Part shown: positions 50,591-60,160 of the stretch, one piece after another | Layout of the letters: each line of letters opens with the position of its first letter | Numbering within the stretch: the first letter of the stretch is position 1 | DNA from: Thermodesulfobacteriota bacterium | GTDB lineage: Bacteria; Desulfobacterota; Binatia; Bin18 | DNA length: 64,000 nt | Assembly (NCBI GenBank): GCA_964291405.2 | Contig: OZ219926.1 | Location: 384,001 to 448,000, forward strand | Reading direction: 5' to 3' | The notes under the pieces: model-generated | Databases searched by the model: none | What the model was told of the DNA's origin: nothing | What the model saw: only the letters and a program-made list of their open reading frames with translations | Position numbers and translations under genes: made by a program

Positions 50591-52033
50591 CTACTCTCCC
50601 CTTGGGCTATCTGCCCATTGCACATAAGGAAAGTTGAGGGGTTGATTGTTGATCCCGCGGGCCGGCGGGGCAATCCAGCTTGCCATTGCGCCAGGTTCGG
50701 TAACCGGTTGCATGAGCGAGGCGACAAAGGCGTGATCGTCCTCGGTCGGCAACCACGAGGCAAGCTGGCGCTGCCACTCTTCGGCTGTCACCATTTCTCC
50801 CTGTGGCGATATGTGGGCATCGGAGAAAGCACCGATTTTGCGGTAGAAGCCCCGATGGGGCAGATAGAGCGGGTTCTCAATGCCCTGCCGTGCAATCACC
50901 TTGTTCCAACGGTCCAGACCCCGCTGCGAGTCGGTAATATAATCGTCGCGCAAGCGTTCGTTAATGGCGAGCAGGGCCGGGACGTCCTCACAGACGATGG
51001 TGCTGTCTGCTGGGCGCTGGACCGGCCAAGTCAGCTCCGAGAGCCGATGGTCGTCATTGATGCGGGTTTCGCGATAGCGACCTTTGAGGCCGGTCGTAAA
51101 ATAGTCGGCGGCGTTGGTCGAACGTTCTTGGCCGAACAGGTCGAGCGAGACGCTGTAATGAAAATTGATGAAGCGCTGCAAGGTCGGCAGGTCTATAGCC
51201 CCGGTCGCACGGATGCGCTCAGGGTCATCGGTCTTGAGTTCGTTCATGACCTCACACGTGCGTTGGATAATCCGCATCACCCCAGTCTCACCCACAAACA
51301 TATGGTGCGCCTCTTCCGTCAGCATAAACTGGCAGGTCCGGGCTAGCGGATCGAAGCTGGATTCGGCCAACGAGGCGAGCTGATATTTCCCGTCACGGTC
51401 GGTGAAAAAGGTAAACATGAAATAGGACAGCCAGTGCGGCGTCTCTTCGTTAAACGCCCCCAGGATACGCGGTTTGTCCGCATCACCGGAATGGCGTTCC
51501 AGCATCATCTCGGCTTCTTCCCGGCCATCACGACCAAAATAGGCGTGCAGGATATAGACCATGGCCCACAGATGACGCCCCTCTTCAACATTAATCTGAA
51601 ACAGGTTGCGCAGGTCGTACAGCGAGGGGCAGGTGTGGCCCAGATGGCGCTGCTGTTCGACGGAGGCCGGCTCGGTATCCCCCTGGGTCACGACCAAACG
51701 GCGCAGGAGGCTGCGATATTCGCCTGGAACTTCCTGCCAGACCGGTTCGCCAAGGTGGTCTCCAAAGGCGATACGGCGCTCCTCCTGCGGCTTGGCCAGG
51801 AAAATGCCCCACCGGTAGTCAGGCATTTTCACATAGTCAAAATGGGCCCAGCCGTCGGACTCGACACTGATAGCCGTGCGCAGGTAGACGTCATACGCCT
51901 GCGTCCCTTCTGGACCACAGCTATTCCACCAGCGTAAATAATTCGGTTGCCACGACTCTAAGGCACGTTGGAGTCGGCGGTTCTCGGCGAGAGCAACATT
52001 GTTCGGAATGCGCTCAGTATAATCAATCGCCAT
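50591..52033 (-). CDS. boxB: Benzoyl-CoA 2,3-epoxidase subunit B
   Basis: IPNNV, YLRTA, QGDTEPASVEQQ, NVEEGRHLWAM, MLTEEAHH di-iron motifs. Confidence 0.96.
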   Translation of the reverse strand: MAIDYTERIPNNVALAENRRLQRALESWQPNYLRWWNSCGPEGTQAYDVYLRTAISVESDGWAHFDYVKMPDYRWGIFLAKPQEERRIAFGDHLGEPVWQEVPGEYRSLLRRLVVTQGDTEPASVEQQRHLGHTCPSLYDLRNLFQINVEEGRHLWAMVYILHAYFGRDGREEAEMMLERHSGDADKPRILGAFNEETPHWLSYFMFTFFTDRDGKYQLASLAESSFDPLARTCQFMLTEEAHHMFVGETGVMRIIQRTCEVMNELKTDDPERIRATGAIDLPTLQRFINFHYSVSLDLFGQERSTNAADYFTTGLKGRYRETRINDDHRLSELTWPVQRPADSTIVCEDVPALLAINERLRDDYITDSQRGLDRWNKVIARQGIENPLYLPHRGFYRKIGAFSDAHISPQGEMVTAEEWQRQLASWLPTEDDHAFVASLMQPVTEPGAMASWIAPPARGINNQPLNFPYVQWADSPRGE

Positions 52034-52035
52034 GG

Positions 52036-53763
52036 CTATACCCTCTGTTTCCGAAAGCGACTTTGCTTCCCCGAGCCGTACAGCGTCAACGCCCCGTCCT
52101 CGCCAACGGCATTCGGTCGCTGAAAAATCCAGTTTTGCCAGGCGCTCAGACGCCCGAATATCTTGGTCTGGAGTGTTTCCTGACCGGCAAAGCGCAGGCT
52201 GGCCTCCATGCCGGTGAGGGCATCGGGCGAGAAACTGGCCCGTTCTTCCAGGGCTAGTCTGACCTCGTCTTCCCAGTCGATATCATCCGGAATAAAGGTG
52301 ACCAGCCCAAGTTCATCAGCCGTCTCCGCGTCGATATCCCGGCTCATATACGACTGCAACTCCGCAATATGATCCGGTTGCGCCGGGAAACGACTGCTTA
52401 GACGAGTGCTGCCGTTATGCATCGGCAGGGGACCAAAATTCATGGGCGTCAAACGGAGCGCGGCCGGAGGCAGTTCACTCTCCTCGAACCTGCCGACCAG
52501 CATATACGACCGGTCGGCAGCCAGCGCGAGTTCGAGTAAAGTACCAGTGAAACAACCGCCCGGCTCGATCAGGGCGATCAGACTCCGCGCGCTCACGTCC
52601 AGACGCTGGAAGGTACGTTTGAGATATAAGGTAATCTCGCGGATCAGCCAGTCATCGACATGCTCGGTCAGGAGACGGTCAGCGGCTTCGACCAGCGCGG
52701 CCTCGCCACTGGTGCGAAACACCCAGGTCCCGATATCTTCTTCATTCAGCCGCAGATGCAGAATAGCATCGTCCAACTCACGCGCCAGCGCCAGGGGCCA
52801 GAAGCGCGCACCGGCAGCATGAATGGCTTCCACTGTGCGCGGCAGGTCTCCGCTTGGTGCGTGGACCGTGAATGAGGCGGTCCGTAGCGCTCGGTCCAGC
52901 TCGATTGAGATATGCTCGTAGGTCATGGTCGTGTCCTCAATAGAGCGAGCCAGGGGAGTCAGGGCAATGCCGCCCGCATCCGCGGGGCGGTCCGATTGGG
53001 CGACAAAAGCCAACGCGCGAGCCTGAACCGTTTCCTCAAAACGCGAGCGCGGGGCGATTTCGTCAACCAGATTCCACTCACAGGCCCGTTTCCCACGCAG
53101 GCCCTCAGACGTTGTGCAGAAGAAATCGGCCCGATCACGCCGCACGTGCCGTTTGTCGACAAGCCGCGTCAGGCCGCCGGTTCCGGGCAAGACCGCAAGC
53201 AGCGGTAACTCGGGTAGGGACACCGCGCTTGAGCCATCGTCAATGAGAATAAGATGTGCACACGCCAGGGCCAGTTCATAGCCGCCGCCTGAGGCCGCCC
53301 CATTCACGGCGCAGACATAAGTTTGCCCGGAGTGAGCGCTAGCATCCTCGATGCTATTGCGCGTCTCGTTCGTAAACTTGCAGAAGTTGACCTTATGCGC
53401 GTGTGAAGACTGAGCCAACATGCGAATATTTGCTCCGGCACAAAAGACCTGCGGCTTGGCCGAACAGAGCACCACCGCGGCGACTTCGGGATGCTCGAAG
53501 CGAAGACGCTGAATCGCGTCGTAGAGTTCGATGTCCACGCCCAGGTCGTACGAATTGAGCTTGAGATCATAGCCCGGAACCAAGGGCGCATCTTCCTGCA
53601 CATCCATTGCGAGCCTGGCGACTCGACCGTCAATCGACAGTTTCCAGTGCCGGTAGTGTTCGGGCTGGGTCGTAAATTCGATTCTGCTTGAAGTTGATGA
53701 GGCTGACTCGGTTTGCACCTCAGGTCGCAGTGCCTGTTCATCAGCGCGTATGGCCGTACTCAT
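52036..53763 (-). CDS. boxC: 2,3-epoxybenzoyl-CoA dihydrolase
   Basis: LKLNSYDLGVDIEL, KVNFCKFTNETR, IFGRLSAWQNWIF.RPNA. Confidence 0.96.
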   Translation of the reverse strand: MSTAIRADEQALRPEVQTESASSTSSRIEFTTQPEHYRHWKLSIDGRVARLAMDVQEDAPLVPGYDLKLNSYDLGVDIELYDAIQRLRFEHPEVAAVVLCSAKPQVFCAGANIRMLAQSSHAHKVNFCKFTNETRNSIEDASAHSGQTYVCAVNGAASGGGYELALACAHLILIDDGSSAVSLPELPLLAVLPGTGGLTRLVDKRHVRRDRADFFCTTSEGLRGKRACEWNLVDEIAPRSRFEETVQARALAFVAQSDRPADAGGIALTPLARSIEDTTMTYEHISIELDRALRTASFTVHAPSGDLPRTVEAIHAAGARFWPLALARELDDAILHLRLNEEDIGTWVFRTSGEAALVEAADRLLTEHVDDWLIREITLYLKRTFQRLDVSARSLIALIEPGGCFTGTLLELALAADRSYMLVGRFEESELPPAALRLTPMNFGPLPMHNGSTRLSSRFPAQPDHIAELQSYMSRDIDAETADELGLVTFIPDDIDWEDEVRLALEERASFSPDALTGMEASLRFAGQETLQTKIFGRLSAWQNWIFQRPNAVGEDGALTLYGSGKQSRFRKQRV

Positions 53764-53814
53764 GGGACGTCTCGCCTTTGGTCTCCACCCGTCACTCTAA
53801 CGTCATTGAAGCAT

Positions 53815-54636
53815 CTATGCCACTAGCCGGGTTTTACGTATTGGGCGGCTTGGGTCGGAGGATTGTTTTTTCGGCGTTTGGTACTGCGCGGGCGTCTTGG
53901 ACAGATAGGCCGCGCTTGCCACAGTGTGATCGGAGGAGGCGAGACAGGCTTGCTGTCCTTTAAGATAGGCGGACAGAAACTGCTCATACGGAAGATCATA
54001 ACTCTGGGCTAGCAGTTTTTTTGATTCCCGAAAGGCGGTAGGAGCGGTTTGGAGAAACATGTCCGCAGCGCTATTCAGTGTTTTTTCCAGGTCTTTGGCT
54101 TTGACAACTTGGTCTACGAGTCCCCATTCCAGCGCTTGTTTGGCTTTGATCTGCGAGGTCGCCAAGGCAAGCAGCCGACCACGGCCCATCCCAACGACAC
54201 GGGGCAAACGAAACGTACCAAGACCGGGAATGATGCTATGCCGCACCGCGGTGAGGCTGAAAAAGGCATTATCCGCAGCAATCCGCATATCGCAGGTTAA
54301 GGAGAACTGAAGCCCCCCACCGATGCAGGCACCGTGAATGCCACAGATCACGACCTTATCGTACATGGTCTCAAACAGACGCAGAGCCTCTTCCCACTCT
54401 CGAAACCAGGGCATCTGAATCTCGTCCTGGGATACGGCCTTGAGATCAATGCCTGAACAAAATCCTCGTCCGGCCCCGGTGATGATGACCGCCCGGAGGT
54501 CTTTGGCCTCGGCCAGAGTTTGGCCTATGGTATGAAGCTCTTTCACAAAGTGTCCATCCGTCGCATTCACAACCTCGGGTCGGTTAAAAATAATGCGAGC
54601 GATGGGCGGGGCCTTTTCCAAAAGGATGCGTACCAT
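53815..54636 (-). CDS. Crotonase-superfamily protein lacking the canonical catalytic Glu residues
   Basis: FCSGIDL, GACIGGGLQF, D.RIA, TAVRHSIIPG. Confidence 0.85.
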   Translation of the reverse strand: MVRILLEKAPPIARIIFNRPEVVNATDGHFVKELHTIGQTLAEAKDLRAVIITGAGRGFCSGIDLKAVSQDEIQMPWFREWEEALRLFETMYDKVVICGIHGACIGGGLQFSLTCDMRIAADNAFFSLTAVRHSIIPGLGTFRLPRVVGMGRGRLLALATSQIKAKQALEWGLVDQVVKAKDLEKTLNSAADMFLQTAPTAFRESKKLLAQSYDLPYEQFLSAYLKGQQACLASSDHTVASAAYLSKTPAQYQTPKKQSSDPSRPIRKTRLVA

Positions 54637-54651
54637 TGTTCTCTCCAGCTT

Positions 54652-54704
54652 CTTAATATATCATTTATAAAGTGTATAGTATATAATTTGTTATATTAAG
54701 TCAA
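54652..54704 (-). promoter_or_regulatory. Box operon promoter with an overlapping inverted repeat (candidate PaaX operator)
   Basis: TTGACT-N17-TACTAT on the minus strand; CTTAATATA-N31-TATATTAAG. Confidence 0.6.
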
Positions 54705-54740
54705 GCAAAATGTTATTGCTTCGCATATGATTTGTGAGAC

Positions 54741-55643
54741 ATGCGTCCACGTTCTCTCCTCTTTACTCTGTTCGGTGACTTTGTTCGCAATTACGGCGGT
54801 GAGGTCTGGGTCGGCAGCCTGATCCACCTCATGCAGGAGTTTGATATTGCTCCGCAAGCGGTACGAGTCGCACTTTCACGCATCACTGCCGACGGCTGGC
54901 TACGCAATCGTCGGCTTGGCAAGAAAAGCTTCTACGGACTGACTGCTCAAGGCGAACGGCGCATGGCTGAGGCGGCAAGTCGGATCTATAAACTCGATAA
55001 TCTGGCCTGGAATGGTGAATGGCTGATTGTGACCTACACCATTCCAGAGAAACGCAAAGTCGTTCGGGATAAAATTCGGCGTGAATTAAGTTGGACTGGC
55101 TTTGGTCAACTTGCCAGCAGCGTGTGGATCAGTCCGCGCGACCTGCGACCGCAGCTCATCGAAATTGCTCAGCGCTATGACATTGCGCCCCATCTCGACT
55201 TCTTTACCGCTCGCTACCGTGGTCCAGCAGAGAATCAGCGCCTCGTTGACAAGTGTTGGAATCTTGATGCAATCCAGCAAGGCTATACGGCCTTCATCGA
55301 GGTGTACCGCAGCAAACTCGACCAGCAGCAACTCCTCTCTGATGAGCTCTGTTTTTGTGAAGAGATCCAACTCATCCATGAGTATCGCAAGTTTTTATTC
55401 AGTGACCCTGGTCTGCCGAACAATCTCTTACCCAACACTTGGCGTGGGCACGAGGCCGCCCACCTCATGCGCGAGTACTATCAATACGTTGCCCCAGGGG
55501 CCCATCGTTTTTTTGAGAGCGTTTTTGTTGGGCATCCGGATAATGCCGCCTTCATCAGAAAGCTCGGGAGGCATCCCCGTCTTGATCCGTTTGCAGAAGA
55601 ACTCCGCCGTCAACAGCAGCAGTACTCTGCTGTCGATCTCTAG
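54741..55643 (+). CDS. paaX: PaaX family transcriptional repressor
   Basis: RSLLFTLFGD, VRVALSR, A.SRIY, W.G.W, LIHEYRKFLF.DPGLP..LLP..W.G. Confidence 0.92.
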   Translation: MRPRSLLFTLFGDFVRNYGGEVWVGSLIHLMQEFDIAPQAVRVALSRITADGWLRNRRLGKKSFYGLTAQGERRMAEAASRIYKLDNLAWNGEWLIVTYTIPEKRKVVRDKIRRELSWTGFGQLASSVWISPRDLRPQLIEIAQRYDIAPHLDFFTARYRGPAENQRLVDKCWNLDAIQQGYTAFIEVYRSKLDQQQLLSDELCFCEEIQLIHEYRKFLFSDPGLPNNLLPNTWRGHEAAHLMREYYQYVAPGAHRFFESVFVGHPDNAAFIRKLGRHPRLDPFAEELRRQQQQYSAVDL

Positions 55644-55717
55644 CCCGCTCAGCAGATTGCTATCCGGCGGAAAACCGCGATAAGGTCGGTTGAAATCCCG
55701 CATGAGGATAATGCACC

Positions 55718-57148
55718 ATGACTCGCCAGATAGGCCCAAGCCCGCAAGAGCTCCAACGTGCGCTCTCTGAGGCGGCGGCATGGGTCGCGTCCTATTTACA
55801 GAAGGTCGGCGACCGGCCGGTCCTGGCGCGAGTCTCACCGGGCGATATCGCGGCAACCCTGCCCGAGAGCCCGCCCGAATACGGCGAGTCACTGGAGATC
55901 ATTCTCAAAGATGTAGACCGCCTCATCCTGCCGGGCATTACACACTGGAATCATCCGGCCTTCTTTGCCTATTTTGGGATTAGTGGATCGGGTCCCGGTA
56001 TTGTGGGCGAACTGCTGTCCGCAGCGCTCAACGTCAATGCCATGCTGTGGCGCACCTCGCCCGCGGCAACCGAACTGGAACAACGCACACTGAGATGGGT
56101 TACCGAGATGCTCGGCCTACCGACTGACTGGTTCGGCGAAATCACAGACACGGCCTCAGCCTCCTCTTTATACGCACTGGCCGCAGCGCGTGAGGCAGCG
56201 GGCCTGGACATTCGCGAGCACGGCATGGCCGGTCGGGACGATCTGCCGCCACTGGCGATGTACACCTCAACCCAGGCGCATAGTTCGATTGATAAAGCGG
56301 CAATTGCGCTGGGTATCGGACGGCGTTGGACCAAGCATATTGAGACAGACGACGCGTTTCGGATGCGACCGGACCGCTTGGAGCAGGCCATTACGAGTGA
56401 TCTGGCGGCTGGAGTCAAACCCGTCGCCGTTGTGGCAACGGTCGGCACGACCTCGTCAACCAGTATTGACCCGATTCCGGCTATTGCCGATATTTGCGAA
56501 CGGCATCAGGTGTGGCTACACGTTGACGCCGCCTATGGTGGAGCCGCAGCCCTTGTCCCCTCGCATCGAGGCGTGCTGGCCGGCTGTGAGCGCGCCGATT
56601 CGTTTGTCACCAACCCGCACAAGTGGCTGCTGACCCCAATCGATTGCAGCCTGCTGTATACGCGCCGGCCCGACGACCTTAAACGTGCCTTTTCGCTGGT
56701 GGCCGAGTATCTCAAAACCGACGAGCAGGATGTGGTCAACTTTATGGACTACGGCCTGTCTCTGGGCCGGCGATTTCGGGCGCTCAAACTGTGGATGGTC
56801 ATCCGCGCCTATGGCCGGGCCGGGCTGGCCTCAATCATCGGCGGCCATATGCGAGAAGCACACTGGCTGGTCGAGCAAATCGACGCCGCACCAAACTGGG
56901 AGAGGCTGGCGCCAGTCCCGTTCTCCACCGTCTGTTTCCGTCACCTGCCGGCCGGCGTCCAAGACCCGGACGAGCATAACGCGGCCCTCATCGACACGGT
57001 AAACGCCAGCGGGCAGGCATTCTTGTCGCACACCAAGCTGGACGGCCGCTATGCCATCCGCGTCGCTATCGGCAACCAGGCTACCATGCATGAACACGTG
57101 GTGCGGGTGTGGGAGTTATTGCAGGCTGCGGCAGCGCAGCCGGAATAA
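55718..57148 (+). CDS. Aromatic-L-amino-acid decarboxylase family (group II PLP decarboxylase)
   Basis: PGITHWNHP.FFAYF, W.TSPAATELE, AHSS, HVDAAYGG, NPHKW, LGRRFRALKLW. Confidence 0.92.
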   Translation: MTRQIGPSPQELQRALSEAAAWVASYLQKVGDRPVLARVSPGDIAATLPESPPEYGESLEIILKDVDRLILPGITHWNHPAFFAYFGISGSGPGIVGELLSAALNVNAMLWRTSPAATELEQRTLRWVTEMLGLPTDWFGEITDTASASSLYALAAAREAAGLDIREHGMAGRDDLPPLAMYTSTQAHSSIDKAAIALGIGRRWTKHIETDDAFRMRPDRLEQAITSDLAAGVKPVAVVATVGTTSSTSIDPIPAIADICERHQVWLHVDAAYGGAAALVPSHRGVLAGCERADSFVTNPHKWLLTPIDCSLLYTRRPDDLKRAFSLVAEYLKTDEQDVVNFMDYGLSLGRRFRALKLWMVIRAYGRAGLASIIGGHMREAHWLVEQIDAAPNWERLAPVPFSTVCFRHLPAGVQDPDEHNAALIDTVNASGQAFLSHTKLDGRYAIRVAIGNQATMHEHVVRVWELLQAAAAQPE

Positions 57149-57157
57149 GAGGCGGCC

Positions 57158-58396
57158 TTACGATGTCCGGCGCGTATTGCCGTTTTGATCTGTTTGTTCT
57201 GATGGAGACGGACGTTCCTTGAGACGCACACTCACGCTCGACGGGTCCATACCGGCGACTTGAAGGCCAAGCGGGATGTTGACATCGTGCTCGGTCAGGG
57301 GAAAACGGCTCCGCCCAGCCTGGGCGCTTGAGAGATCAACCTGCGCCCGCAGGCCACGTGGGTCAAGCAAGGCCAACAGTTCACGCGATCCCCGCACCCG
57401 CAGGTAAACCTCCTGGGTATTCTTGCCAGTCATGTCCAAATTCCCCGGGATATTGTAGTAGACTACAGGAACCGCAAACCCAACCTCAGTGTTTTGCGGG
57501 CCAACCAGGATCAGCCAGAGGATGCAGACCGCCGCCAGGGCACCCAGCTTTGGGCGAATATTGGCCTCTAGCATATCGCGCCACCGCCAGTGAGCCCGCC
57601 TTTTCTTGGCGCCGGAAAGACGCACATTCAGCCATGTCAACAGCTCGGACGATCCCGGCAGTGTCACCATGCCGCCCCGGTCGACAACAGAGACCGCGCC
57701 TCGCTCTTCCGAAACAACGACAGCCAGCGCGTCAGAGCGCTCCGTAATCCCTAACGCGGCCCGATGACGAGTCCCATACGTATAGGGTAGCGAGCGGGAT
57801 TCTGAAAGCGGCAAGATACAGCCAGCCCGACAGACCCGTCCGGCCCGAATATAAACGGCACCATCGTGCAGCGGGCTGGAGGGCGTAAACAAATTATCAA
57901 GGAGTAAATCGCTGACTTCGGCATCAATCAGGACGCCCTGGCTCCGCAAGAGGGGTTCCACCGGGTCGTTCTGCTCAAAAACGAGAATTGCGCCGTAGCG
58001 CTTTTTCGCCAGGCTAAAACACGTGTCTGCTATCGTGACCAGGAAATCAGCAATCCGAGTTTCAGCAGGAGTTCGACGAAAAATCCTTGGGGTAGAGAAG
58101 ACAGGATTGACCTGCTCAAGAATCTGACGAATTTCAGCCTGGAACACGACGACGACCAGGATAAAGGCCGCGGCCCAAATACCGCCCAGTACCCAGGTGG
58201 TTAAAAAGAGCCCCGCCTGGCTGGCGAGGAAATAGAACAGGCCGAGTACGGCCAGCCCAACCCCTATCCGTGCGGCCTGCGTCCCACGAAAGCGGATATA
58301 GGCCTGGTATACGACAAACGCCATGCAGGCGATGTCAATCCCGTCTCGCCAGCGAAATTCCCAGCCGAGCGGGATGAAATTGAAAAATTCTGTCAC
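57158..58396 (-). CDS. cdaA: Diadenylate cyclase CdaA fused to a YbbR (CdaR) domain
   Basis: Three N-terminal TM helices, FQ.EIR, LHDGA, GTRHRAA; a further TM helix then a YbbR-like domain. Confidence 0.88.
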   Translation of the reverse strand: MTEFFNFIPLGWEFRWRDGIDIACMAFVVYQAYIRFRGTQAARIGVGLAVLGLFYFLASQAGLFLTTWVLGGIWAAAFILVVVVFQAEIRQILEQVNPVFSTPRIFRRTPAETRIADFLVTIADTCFSLAKKRYGAILVFEQNDPVEPLLRSQGVLIDAEVSDLLLDNLFTPSSPLHDGAVYIRAGRVCRAGCILPLSESRSLPYTYGTRHRAALGITERSDALAVVVSEERGAVSVVDRGGMVTLPGSSELLTWLNVRLSGAKKRRAHWRWRDMLEANIRPKLGALAAVCILWLILVGPQNTEVGFAVPVVYYNIPGNLDMTGKNTQEVYLRVRGSRELLALLDPRGLRAQVDLSSAQAGRSRFPLTEHDVNIPLGLQVAGMDPSSVSVRLKERPSPSEQTDQNGNTRRTS

Positions 58397-58402
58397 GTTT
58401 TG

Positions 58403-58777
58403 TTACTCGGTGTAGTTCTCGTAAAAAACATAGCTGGTTGAGTAATCACTAAATTCAAAATAGACCTTCTTCTCACCTTCATCGACCCGAAAATTCAGAT
58501 TCTTATCAGCATAGCCATAGCCGAAACGGTAGGGTCTCGCCGTGCTGCCATCACCGGTTGATGCCGCGGTGCTGAGTTTGTCGATCTCAATAAAGCGTAG
58601 CACCAGCTTTTCTCCGGCGTAGATATCCAAGACGCCGTTGGTTCCCGTCCAGTTTTGGATGGAACGGCTCAGCCGGTTCTGCGATTCCTGCGTACAACCG
58701 GCGAGTCCTCCTCCCAGCCCACACAGGAGAAGTCCGGTAACAATAATGATTCGGGAGCGCTGCCACAAACACTGCAT
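58403..58777 (-). CDS. Hypothetical lipoprotein
   Basis: Hydrophobic stretch with LAGC lipobox. Confidence 0.7.
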   Translation of the reverse strand: MQCLWQRSRIIIVTGLLLCGLGGGLAGCTQESQNRLSRSIQNWTGTNGVLDIYAGEKLVLRFIEIDKLSTAASTGDGSTARPYRFGYGYADKNLNFRVDEGEKKVYFEFSDYSTSYVFYENYTE

Positions 58778-58915
58778 GGGGAATTCCTTACACTCGAACG
58801 TCTCTTCTAATTCAGATTACCATCCCTCCTCGCCGCACGCAAAATAATACGTCAAAACCGCGCGCTCTTGACCCTGCCCCAGGGAACCCATACTGAGCGG
58901 AGATAAGGCTGTTGT

Positions 58916-60028
58916 ATGGCTGTTCCCCTGCTCGATCTCAAAGCTCAATATGTCACAATCCGGGAGGAAATCCGGGTTGCAGTTGAGCGTGTGCTGGAGT
59001 CTCAGCAATTCATTTTGGGACCAGAGGTTGAAGCCCTTGAGCGTGAGATTGCGGCTTACTCCGCATGTCAGTACGGGATCGGGGTGTCATCCGGTACGGA
59101 TGCCCTGCTAGTTGCCCTGATGGCGATAGGCATTCGGCCGAACGATGAGGTCATCACCTCGCCGTATACCTTTTTCTCCTCAGTCGGGAGTATTGCCCGT
59201 CTCGGAGCGCAGCCAGTCTTTGTTGATATTGACCCACTGACATATAATCTGGACCCCGCCCGGATCGAAGCCGCCATCACCCCACGGACCCGAGCCATTA
59301 TCCCGGTCCATCTGTTTGGCCAGATGGCAGACATGGACCCGATTCTTGAGATTGCCGCTCGTCGGAATCTTTTTCTGATCGAAGATGCCGCGCAGGCAAT
59401 CGGCGCGGAATACAAAGGCAAACGAGCTGGCTCGCTTGGGCATTTGGGTTGTTTCAGTTTTTTTCCGTCTAAAAATCTCGGCGGATACGGTGACGGCGGG
59501 ATGGTGACCACCAATGACGCACAGCTTGCGCAGCGGGTCAAACAGTTGCGGAGTCATGGGGAGCAGTCCAGGTATGAGCATACTCGGGTGGGAGGGAACT
59601 TCCGCTTGGACGCCCTCCAAGCTGCGGTGCTGCGCGTCAAACTGCGGCATGTAGATGCCTGGACGGCGGCCCGGCAGCGCAATGCCGACACGTATCGTCG
59701 GCTGTTTGCTTCCCAAAAACTTGGAGAGATGAGCCTGCCGGTCGAGGCTCCGCAACGGCGACACGTCTACCATCAGTTTGTTGTCCAGAGCACCCATCGG
59801 GACGCCCTGTTGGCGACGCTCCAGCGTCAGGATATTGGCGCGGCAATTTACTATCCAACGCCGCTGCATCTCCAACCCTGTTTTTCCTCTTTGCACCATC
59901 AGCGTGGCGCATTCCCCCACAGCGAATACGCCGCAAGGCACAGTCTGGCCCTCCCCATCTATCCGGAGCTCACCCCGGCCATGCAAGAAGAGGGGGTGCA
60001 GGCTATCGTGGCTTTTCATCGAGACTAG
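58916..60028 (+). CDS. DegT/DnrJ/EryC1/StrS aminotransferase
   Basis: SGTDAL, PVHLFGQ, EDAAQA, SFFPSKNLG..GDGG. Confidence 0.94.
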   Translation: MAVPLLDLKAQYVTIREEIRVAVERVLESQQFILGPEVEALEREIAAYSACQYGIGVSSGTDALLVALMAIGIRPNDEVITSPYTFFSSVGSIARLGAQPVFVDIDPLTYNLDPARIEAAITPRTRAIIPVHLFGQMADMDPILEIAARRNLFLIEDAAQAIGAEYKGKRAGSLGHLGCFSFFPSKNLGGYGDGGMVTTNDAQLAQRVKQLRSHGEQSRYEHTRVGGNFRLDALQAAVLRVKLRHVDAWTAARQRNADTYRRLFASQKLGEMSLPVEAPQRRHVYHQFVVQSTHRDALLATLQRQDIGAAIYYPTPLHLQPCFSSLHHQRGAFPHSEYAARHSLALPIYPELTPAMQEEGVQAIVAFHRD

Positions 60029-60096
60029 AAAAGCGCGCAGTCCCGTCTCGCTTTCAGAAGCAAGGAAGACGCTCGACCTAAAGTCTCCTCCAAACG

Positions 60097-60132
60097 TTGA
60101 CAGCTCATCTGTGGAGAGCGATAATTCTCCAC
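60097..60132 (+). promoter_or_regulatory. Sigma70 promoter of the pxp operon with an operator over the -10
   Basis: TTGACA-N17-GATAAT; GTGGAGA-N8-TCTCCAC inverted repeat. Confidence 0.7.
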
Positions 60133-60160
60133 GCTTTTATCTCGTGCAGGAGGGTACACC

